From: Crocosphaera subtropica ATCC 51142
GTDB lineage: Bacteria > Cyanobacteriota > Cyanobacteriia > Cyanobacteriales > Microcystaceae
Assembly (NCBI RefSeq): GCF_000017845.1
Contig: NC_010546.1
Span: 600,001-632,000 of the forward strand
Direction: 5' to 3'
DNA: 32,000 nucleotides
Part shown: piece by piece, positions 9,242 to 18,600 of the stretch
Layout of the letters: each line of letters opens with the position of its first letter
Position numbering within the stretch: the stretch's first letter is position 1
Notes under the pieces: generated by a model
The model's database searches: none
Seen by the model: only the letters and a program-made list of their open reading frames with translations
What the model was told of the DNA's origin: nothing
Translations under genes and position numbers: made by a program

Positions 9242-9268
9242 GGTAAGGTGGGCATTGCCCACCTTACC
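9242..9268 (+). repeat. 12-bp perfect hairpin GGTAAGGTGGGC-ATT-GCCCACCTTACC carrying the 17-mer GGTGGGCATTGCCCACC
   Basis: Read directly, 100 nt after the cupA stop. The identical 17-mer recurs at 29721-29737. No U-tract on either strand. Confidence 0.75.
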
Positions 9269-9351
9269 AAACAAGAAAACAAACGCAATAAAAATGAATC
9301 CTTTAAGATTTAATAGGTACTTATGACCGTCTAACCCACGCTACAGTAATT

Positions 9352-9386
9352 CTGAACTCTTACCCCCTCACTGCGAACTCTTACTA
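9352..9386 (+). repeat. Degenerate heptamer array CTGAACT-CTTACCC-CCTCACT-GCGAACT-CTTACTA
   Basis: 7-nt periodicity read directly in the cupA-pgm spacer. Same flavour as the arrays at 4139 and 14811. Confidence 0.5.
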
Positions 9387-9442
9387 AACGTGACCTTAAA
9401 TGACGTAAAGTGGTTATAAATCATACCTAAGCATGGGTATAG

Positions 9443-11107
<1,665 letters not shown>

Positions 11108-11119
11108 CTTTTAATGCTC

Positions 11120-11170
11120 ATCTCTGTTGGGAGGCTTCTTTTGCTTCGAGTCCCCGACAGAGATTATTTT
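11120..11170 (+). terminator. Intrinsic terminator of pgm
   Basis: Stem ATCTCTGTTGGG (11120-11131) / CCCGACAGAGAT (11153-11164) is 12 bp with one G-U pair, followed by TATTTT. It begins 13 nt after the pgm stop. Confidence 0.65.
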
Positions 11171-11420
11171 AACTATGATAGAATAATTGAACTTTTATTC
11201 ATTCAACAGAGAGACAGAACACGGACTAAGGACGAAAAATACGATAAAGAATATTTAGATCAATACATAAGTCAATCATTCTTGATAAAAAAAATTTAGC
11301 CTTACTGATATTTTATCCAAAAGTCGCTATGATAAACAGTAGCAAGATTCATGAAATCTTAGCGACTTTCTTTATAGTTTACTCAAGACCACCCTTTTGC
11401 AATTTTAAGTTGATACTATT

Positions 11421-11696
11421 ATGATTGACTCATCTGTCAATACAATTGAAGAATTTGATCTCTCCCGTGAAGAGAGAGTCATTGAAATTCAAAACCTCAT
11501 TGAAACCCTGCGCATTGCTGATGAAATCGCTAATAAGGGTTATTTAATCACTAGCTCAGAATTAGCTGATTTAATGGACATCAATGCCAGTGCTGTCACC
11601 AGTCGTGGTGATCATTGGTCTTGGCGTAATTGGGTTGTTTCACGAGTTCGCCGAGAAGGAAATCAAATTCTTTGGCAACTTGAAAAGATTGATTAG
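11421..11696 (+). CDS. Hypothetical 91-aa protein, possibly helix-turn-helix-like
   Basis: Isolated ORF with its own strong terminator. The segment KGYLITSSELADLMDINASAVTSR looks like an HTH, but that is an impression only. No family recognised. Confidence 0.5.
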   Translation: MIDSSVNTIEEFDLSREERVIEIQNLIETLRIADEIANKGYLITSSELADLMDINASAVTSRGDHWSWRNWVVSRVRREGNQILWQLEKID

Positions 11697-11731
11697 GTCT
11701 GAAATCCAACCTGACTATAATCAAGTCATCA

Positions 11732-11785
11732 GGTGAGAATATGAGCGAGGGTTGACTCTTAATTCATATTCTCACCGTTTTAATT
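11732..11785 (+). terminator. Intrinsic terminator after the 91-aa ORF
   Basis: 13-bp perfect stem GGTGAGAATATGA (11732-11744) / TCATATTCTCACC (11764-11776) followed by GTTTTAATT. Confidence 0.7.
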
Positions 11786-11927
11786 ATAGTATATCTGAAC
11801 TGATCACTGACTTCTGTGTAACTTGCTTTTATCGAAATCAGGTTAAAAAGTGACTGCCATTGTGACCCGACTTTTGCTATAAATAACAGAATAGCAACTG
11901 CTTATAAAAAACCTACCTATAGTCACT

Positions 11928-13565
11928 ATGGCCTCTTCATATTTTCAAACCGCACCTATTCGCATTTTTAATTCTAATTTTATTCCTACCCTAGTTTCTG
12001 CGGGGCTTCATGGCTTAGCTTTATTTTTACTGGTTCCTTATGTTACCAATTTACCCACCTCTGAATCAGAAGAAACAAACACAGGACCCATCAATGTTCC
12101 TCTGATTGAATTAAACCCTAGCGAACAAAGTCGCCTACCTGACCAAAATTCAGGCTTATCCAGTATGCCAGAATTTCCTAATTCTACTTTAGAGGATCTG
12201 CCTCTGTTAGACTCCCCTTCTTTGGAGTCTTCTTTGCCTAACAATTTTAATAACTTACCCAGTCCTCCTGCTTTGCCCCCTCTCCCTCCTCTAAATCCCT
12301 ACAATGACTATAGTAGAATTCCTGTAGAACTACCGCCACAACGTTCCTTTCCCAGTCCCCCTCAAGCCACCATTCGCCTTCCTTCCCCTCCTCCTTCTCC
12401 TTCCCTAAAAGACCCAACCCCCAAAACCCCTCCAATTCCCGATACAGAATCTTCTGAACTAGCTAATCCTCGGCAAAATATTGATTTTGGCGATCCCACT
12501 CCTGCTAAACCGAATAATCCATTATTTCAAGGCGATCGCCCTACCTCTCAAAATCCCTTAGGAAATATGGCTGTTAATCAACCGCCATCCTCTTCTAATG
12601 CCAACAACAACATAAGCCGACAAGATGAAATTGCCAAAAATCTCCTCGAAGATACCTTAAAAGGAGCGGATAATTTAACCTATAATCCTCAAGGAACGAA
12701 ACGGGAAGAAGCTAGACGTAGGGATCTTGAATGGATGCAACAAACAGGAGTCACTTTGAAACCGAGTCAAATGATGACTATCAAAGCAACCTACCCAAAA
12801 GCGGCTTGTAACTTGAAATTAGAAGGAAGTGCCATTTACAATGTCTTGGTCAATAACAACGGACAACTAAGTAAACCCCCTTTTATGACTCGCAGTTCGG
12901 GTTATGGTATTTTAAATAATCGAGGATTACAAGAAGTTAAATCTCGTAGTTTTCCTCAATCGACAAGGGTGAAGGTAACCTTTCAATACGATCCACAAAT
13001 ATGTGGAACCGGCGTTGCTGAAGGGGAAAGAAACAGCCAACCTCAAGCCTCTCCTTCTTCTACACCAAAAACCCCGGCCGAACCTGTTCCGGCTCCTCAA
13101 ATGCCCCAAAATCAAACCCCTAAAGCTCCAACCGAGCCAAAAACCCCTAATCCTTCTCCCCAAAATTCTGAAAGTCCTACACCAAAACCTCCGACTCCTC
13201 AAACGCCCCAAAATCAAACCCCTAAAGCTCCAACCGAGCCAAAAACCCCTAATCCTTCTCCCGAAAATTCTGAAAGCCCTACACCAAAACCTGCGGCTGA
13301 ACCTGTTTCGGCTCCTCAAACGCCCCAAAATCAAACCCCTAAAGCTCCAACCGAGCCAAAAACCCCTAATCCTTCTCCCGAAAATTCTGAAAATTCTACA
13401 CCAAAACCTGCGGCCGAACCTGTTTCGGCTCCTCAAACGCCCCAAAATCAAACCCCTAAAGCTCCAACTGAGCCAAAAAGTCCACCAGACGTGAATAAAA
13501 CCTCTAATTCTCCTTCTGAGACTAAATTAGAAGGAGCAGTGGCTCCACCGGCTGGTAGAAAGTAG
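11928..13565 (+). CDS. TonB-like proline-rich membrane-anchored protein with an internal TonB_C-like domain and a repetitive P/Q/T/K tail
   Basis: N-terminal TM helix (IPTLVSAGLHGLALFLLVPYV) and a Pro-rich spacer (PSPPALPPLPPLNP...SPPPSPS). A TonB C-domain-like block follows (ATYPKAACNLKLEGSAIYNVLVNNNGQLSKPPFMTRSSGYGILNNRGLQEVKSRSF). The protein ends in a ~190-aa repeat tail. Confidence 0.6.
   Translation: MASSYFQTAPIRIFNSNFIPTLVSAGLHGLALFLLVPYVTNLPTSESEETNTGPINVPLIELNPSEQSRLPDQNSGLSSMPEFPNSTLEDLPLLDSPSLESSLPNNFNNLPSPPALPPLPPLNPYNDYSRIPVELPPQRSFPSPPQATIRLPSPPPSPSLKDPTPKTPPIPDTESSELANPRQNIDFGDPTPAKPNNPLFQGDRPTSQNPLGNMAVNQPPSSSNANNNISRQDEIAKNLLEDTLKGADNLTYNPQGTKREEARRRDLEWMQQTGVTLKPSQMMTIKATYPKAACNLKLEGSAIYNVLVNNNGQLSKPPFMTRSSGYGILNNRGLQEVKSRSFPQSTRVKVTFQYDPQICGTGVAEGERNSQPQASPSSTPKTPAEPVPAPQMPQNQTPKAPTEPKTPNPSPQNSESPTPKPPTPQTPQNQTPKAPTEPKTPNPSPENSESPTPKPAAEPVSAPQTPQNQTPKAPTEPKTPNPSPENSENSTPKPAAEPVSAPQTPQNQTPKAPTEPKSPPDVNKTSNSPSETKLEGAVAPPAGRK
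13062..13479 (+). repeat. In-frame tandem repeat, units of 117, 102 and 117 nt plus a partial unit of about 82 nt
   Basis: The unit anchor ACACCAAAAC occurs at 13062, 13179, 13281 and 13398. The anchor CCTCAAA(T/C)GCCCCAAAATCAAACCCCTAAAGCTCCAAC occurs at 13095, 13197, 13314 and 13431. The units are nearly identical. Confidence 0.9.
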
Positions 13566-13598
13566 AATGTGATAAAAAGCCATCATAACTACTATCTT

Positions 13599-13625
13599 TT
13601 ACTTCTTCCTAATAGGAAGAAGTAA
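13599..13625. terminator. Hairpin between convergent genes (TTACTTCTTCC-TAATA-GGAAGAAGTAA)
   Basis: 11-bp perfect stem with a 5-nt loop, between the TonB-like stop (13565) and the minus-strand stop at 13652. U-tracts are poor on both strands. Confidence 0.5.
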
Positions 13626-13651
13626 CTGTTAATTCTAATTATTCAAGTTAT

Positions 13652-14335
13652 TCACGAGCGTTTTTTCTTACCTCCAGACACTTGCTTTCCTGGGGTATTA
13701 GTTTGACGCTGAGCAGAATGATTATAGAGTTGTTGACGGCCATTGCGAACCACGCCTAACATTTCTCCTAACTCTTGTTCTAAGCGAGTGAGAACTGCGT
13801 CTGCGTATTCGTCAGCACCGTCTTGAATTTGTTGTGCTTCGGCTAAACTTTTTTGATATAACTGCTGCATTTCTCCATTGGCAAGCTGCCGTTGTTGCTC
13901 AATTTCCGCCATAGTTTGGGCTTGAATGGCTTCACATTCAGCTTGTACTTGTTGACGAATTTGATCCGCTTCATGCTGGGCCCGTTGAACAATTCCTGAC
14001 TCATCGAGAATTTCCTCAGCTTCTTGTTGCGCTTGCTGAATAATTCGCTGTGCATAGGCTTCAGCATTAGCAAGAATCTCTTGTTCTTGTTCTAAAACTC
14101 GTAATGCTTTTTTTATGGCTTCAGGAATCTTGGTGCCAATAAACTCTAGTTGTTCTAATACTTTATCTTCATCGATAATCGTCCATCTTGACACAGGAAT
14201 ATGAAAACTCTCATAAATTATCTCTTGAAGACGAGCTAACTCTTGTTGAATGTCAAAATCAGCCTCTCGATGAGAACTGGTACCGTTACTTTGACGATTT
14301 ATAGAAACATTAGGGGAAGAGTTGCGACGTGCCAT
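13652..14335 (-). CDS. Coiled-coil protein, DivIVA/Cdv3-like (often annotated as ATP synthase b-like)
   Basis: 227 aa with a long Q/E/A-rich heptad region (AEAYAQRIIQQAQQEAEEIL...QHEADQIRQQVQAECEAIQAQ) and a basic tail. It resembles cyanobacterial DivIVA-like Cdv3 proteins. The assignment is from memory of the family, not from a motif. Confidence 0.5.
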   Translation of the reverse strand: MARRNSSPNVSINRQSNGTSSHREADFDIQQELARLQEIIYESFHIPVSRWTIIDEDKVLEQLEFIGTKIPEAIKKALRVLEQEQEILANAEAYAQRIIQQAQQEAEEILDESGIVQRAQHEADQIRQQVQAECEAIQAQTMAEIEQQRQLANGEMQQLYQKSLAEAQQIQDGADEYADAVLTRLEQELGEMLGVVRNGRQQLYNHSAQRQTNTPGKQVSGGKKKRS

Positions 14336-14517
14336 AAGTAAATATTAATAATATATTTTAATAATAAAAATCTATCAACATCTGTCGGGAAAGTCGAGGG
14401 TCGACTAACCAAAGCTCAAGACTTTTAATCAAACCTTAATCAACAGAGAAAAGAGGTCATTATGAGGTTAGGTTAGGCTTGAACCAATGGGTTGATGAGT
14501 GAACCTAAGATCCCTTA

Positions 14518-14532
14518 TGCTGATTATCAGCA
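14518..14532. promoter_or_regulatory. Perfect 7-1-7 palindrome TGCTGAT-T-ATCAGCA abutting a TTGACC hexamer
   Basis: Read directly in the divergent spacer between 14335 (-) and 14616 (+). TTGACC at 14533-14538 is -35-like. No convincing -10 at 17 nt. Confidence 0.2.
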
Positions 14533-14615
14533 TTGACCCATAAGTATAGATGTGCTATTTCTTTTGTCAAATGTTAACCATAGTAAAACTTGAGACACTA
14601 TAAGAGTATCAGATT

Positions 14616-14798
14616 ATGAATCATCAAAATGAATATTTCCATTTAACAACCATAGGACTCAGTTTAGCAACCCTTCCTTTATTAGCAGGTTTAGTGATCA
14701 TGAAAACCATGAACCAAGACTTGCAAGCTTGGGGAGAAGAAAGTGAAGAAATTTTTAGAGGCGATCGCTTACCCCTCCTTAAATTTCCTCATGATTAA
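14616..14798 (+). CDS. Possible small membrane protein (60 aa)
   Basis: One predicted TM helix (TTIGLSLATLPLLAGLVIM) followed by an acidic tail. No recognisable family and no clear SD. Confidence 0.3.
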   Translation: MNHQNEYFHLTTIGLSLATLPLLAGLVIMKTMNQDLQAWGEESEEIFRGDRLPLLKFPHD

Positions 14799-14810
14799 AC
14801 TTTATTAAGT

Positions 14811-14838
14811 ACCTGAGTTCAGTATTAGGAGTTCGGAG
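14811..14838 (-). repeat. Heptamer array (minus strand CTCCGAA-CTCCTAA-TACTGAA-CTCAGGT), inverted copy of 4139-4166
   Basis: The reverse complement differs from the 4139 array at 3 positions of 28. Confidence 0.7.
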
Positions 14839-15486
14839 TGCGACTACGTCGTGCCACGCAACGCAGTTGGGTGTTTTTTAACCAGATAATAAGGGTTTGA
14901 GATTCCTTATTTTGACAAGTTACCTATAAATTTCCTTATATCGAACTCAGGTTTCAACTGCATAAACCCTTGGATATGTGGGAAGCCGTGTTTGACCATC
15001 CCAAGGACTGGAGTTTAGATAACGAAAAATTATTAACATGAATTTAAGTTCTCAAAGAGCAGAAATTAACTATAATTCAAAGTTAAATTTGTTGATTGAA
15101 AAAAGAAAAATTAGCTAATAACTCTACTGTTAGCGTCGTTAAAAATGACTTGATTAAATGATAAGTAATATTCCTGGCTAAACCTAGCCAATTATAAGTA
15201 TAAGTCCTTATTTTCTAAATTTGTTTTATATTATTCTTTGATTATTGATTCTTATTTTTGACTACAAAGGGACAATAAAATTAACTAATTACTGTTCTTA
15301 ACGGAATAATAATGGATAGTAAATTCTTAGCAGCAAAATTGAGGTATAACTTAGGTAACTGATTTCACTTTTTAACATGAATTACTATATTTTTTGTCTT
15401 TACAAAATTACTTATTCAATAAACCTAAGTAGTCGGACATAAATATACTTAACTGTCTTAAGAAATGTAAATAAGTCGTAACCCCT

Positions 15487-15521
15487 CTCCCTGCTCCCTG
15501 CTCCCTTCTCCCCGTTCCCCC
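15487..15521 (+). repeat. Heptamer tandem repeat CTCCCTG x2 then CTCCCTT, CTCCCCG, TTCCCCC
   Basis: Five consecutive 7-mers read directly, ~90 nt upstream of the chlH-like ATG. Confidence 0.75.
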
Positions 15522-15582
15522 GCTCACTTCACAGTAACGTTTATTTTTGTCCAGGTGCTTATCTTATAATAGAAGTAAGGGT

Positions 15583-15600
15583 GTTACAAAACTTTACGGG
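15583..15600 (+). promoter_or_regulatory. HLR1-like direct repeat GTTACAAA-AC-TTTACGGG
   Basis: The first octamer matches (G/T)TTACAWW perfectly, the spacing is 2 nt, and the second octamer matches 5 of 8. It lies between a TATAAT hexamer (15565-15570) and the ATG at 15609. Confidence 0.3.
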
Positions 15601-15608
15601 TTAAGGAT

Positions 15609-18600
15609 ATGTCACGCATTGTTGTTATTACTGGGTTTGAATCATTTAATCTTGACTTGTATCGACAAGCTGCACAGTTAGCACAGTCACGGTGTGAAGG
15701 GTTAGATATACAGATATTTAGCGATCGCAGTCTTTCTCAAGAACCAGAGATTATTGAGAATCCCCTAAAGGATGCAGATGTATTTTTTGCTAGTTTAATC
15801 TTTGATTATGACCAAGTGATTTGGTTAAAAGAAAGAGTAGAAAACATCCCCATACGATTAGTTTTCGAGTCAGCTTTAGAATTAATGAGTTTGACTCGCT
15901 TAGGAAAATTTGTTATTGGGGAAAAACCCAAAGGAATGCCCAAACCAATCAAATTTATTTTAAGTAAATTTTCCAGTGGTAGAGAAGAAGATAAGCTTGC
16001 TGGTTATTTAAGTTTCTTGAAAACAGGACCGAAATTATTAAAGTTTATTCCAGCCAAAAAAGTCCAAGATTTACGCAACTGGTTAATCATTTATGGTTAT
16101 TGGAATGCAGGGGGAACGGAAAACTTTGCTGCGATGTGTTGGACAATAGCAGAGAAATATTTAGACATCAAAGTAGGAGATATTCCCGAACCCATTGAAA
16201 CCCCGAATATGGGTTTACTTCATCCTGACTATGATGGTTATTTTACCTCTCCTCGTGACTATTTAAACTGGCATCAACAAGAAAAATCTTTAGAGAATTC
16301 TCTCGTTGCTATCCTTTTGTATCGTAAGCACGTTATTACGAAACAGCCCTATATTCCCCAGTTAATTCGTTTCTTTGAACAACAAGGGTTAACCCCTGTT
16401 CCCATTTTTATCAACGGTGTTGAAGGTCATGTCATTGTCAGAGATTGGTTAACTACTACTTATGAAACCCAACAACGAAACTTAGGGAATATAGAAATTC
16501 GTTCTTTAGTAAAAGATGCCCTTGAAGTCGATGCTATTGTCTCTACCATCGGCTTTCCTTTGGTTGGGGGTCCTGCTGGTTCGATGGAAGCAGGGCGACA
16601 AGTTGAAGTAGCAAAACGCATTTTAACCGCTAAAAATATACCTTATATTGTTGCTGCACCTTTATTAATTCAAGATATTTATTCTTGGACAAGACAAGGT
16701 ATAGGAGGATTACAAAGTGTAGTCTTATATTCTCTTCCTGAATTAGATGGTGCTATTGACACTGTACCTTTAGGAGGTTTGGTGGGTAATGACATTTATA
16801 TTATTCCTGAGCGAGTAAAACGGTTAACTGGAAGACTCAAAAAATGGATCAATTTACGCAAAACTGAAACTAAAGATCGGAAAATTGCCATTATTTTGTA
16901 TGGGTTTCCTCCTGGTTACGGTGCAACAGGAACCGCCGCTTTATTAAACGTTCCCCGTAGCTTACTCAACTTATTACAAGAATTAGAAAAACAAGGTTAT
17001 AACATAGGAGAATTACCCGAAGATGGGGAGATTATTATTAATCAAGTGAAAGCAGCCGATGAAGCTATTGTTAACCCTAATGATGATAGCAATAGCACAA
17101 CAACGGTTAATGTCAGAAAGTTAGAAGAATGGTTAGGCTATTTGTTAACCACTCGTATTGAAAAGCAGTGGAAATCATTAACAGAAACAGGAATTAAGAC
17201 TTATGGAGATGAATATCAAATCGGAGGAATTCAATTAGGAAATGTCTGGATAGGGGTACAACCCCCATTAGGTATTTCTGGTGATCCCATGCGGTTAATG
17301 TTTGAAAAAGATTTAACCCCTCACCCTCAATATGCAGCTTTTTATAAGTGGTTACAACATAATTTTTGTGCCGATGCTATCATTCATTTTGGTATGCACG
17401 GAACCGTTGAATGGTTGCCAGGTTCCCCATTAGGAAATACGGGCTATTCTTGGTCAGATATTTTGTTAGGAGATATCCCTAATTTATACATCTATGCTGC
17501 GAATAATCCCTCAGAATCTATATTAGCTAAACGTCGGGGTTATGGTGTGTTAATTTCTCATAATGTACCCCCTTATGGACGAGCAGGGTTATATAAAGAA
17601 TTGATGGCGTTACGAGAACTAATTGCTGAATATCGAGAAGATCCCAACAAAAATGAGATTTTGAGAGAGGGGATTATTCAAAAGATTGTTGACTCTGGTT
17701 TAGCCGCTGATTGTAAGTTTGAAGAAGGTAAAAAATTGGGTATTGACTTTACAGTAGAAAATGCAAAATTATTTAGTAAAAATGCTCTAAATGAGTATTT
17801 TTTCAAGGTTTATGAATACTTACAAATCGTTGAACAAAGACTATTTTCTTCGGGTTTACATACCCTGGGTGAAACTCCTAAGCAAGAACAATTAGACTCT
17901 TATCTAGAGGCTTATTTTGGAGAGAAATTAACCGATAGAGAAAGAAAAGCTATTACCTCTGAATCGCCAGAATTACAATATATATTAGAGTCAGCAAATG
18001 GTAAAAGTGAAACCATACAAGAAGCAATTTATATTAGAGATTTACTTAAACAAACCTCCGAAGAATTAACTAACCTATTACGAGGTTTAAATGGTGAATA
18101 CATACCCCCTGCACCGGGAGGAGACTTACTCAGAGATGGGACAGGAGTGTTACCTACAGGACGAAATATACACGCCTTAGATCCTTATAGAATGCCCTCT
18201 CCTGCTGCTTATGAGAGAGGCCGAGAAATTGCCAAGAAAACCATACAACAACATTTAGATGAACAGGGGAATTATCCCGAAACCATTGCCGTTTTATTGT
18301 GGGGTTTAGACGCAATTAAAACTAAGGGTGAATCGTTAGGTATTTTATTAGAATTAGTGGGTGCAGAACCCATAAAAGAAGGGACTGGTCGTATTGTTAG
18401 ATATGAGTTGAAACCCTTGGAACAATTAGAACATCCGAGAATTGATATTTTAGCCAATTTATCAGGCATTTTTCGTGATACATTCGTCAATATTATTGAA
18501 CTGTTAGATGATTTATTCCAACGGGCAGCAGAAGCAGAAGAAGACCCCAAAAAGAACTTTATTCGTAAACATTATTTACAATTAAAAGAGCAAGGTATAG

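Noticed and set aside
11114-11299. 61-aa ORF immediately after pgm
   Set aside because: Its first 19 codons are the pgm terminator hairpin and U-tract. It is AT-rich and low-complexity, with no SD.
12927-13494. Two long ORFs (174 aa on the minus strand, 163 aa on the plus strand) overlapping the tail of the TonB-like gene
   Set aside because: Both are confined to the tandem-repeat region, and their 'proteins' are themselves repeats (RRFWCR..., KPLKLQPSQKPLILLPKILK...). The frames are open as a by-product of low-complexity repetition, with no start context.
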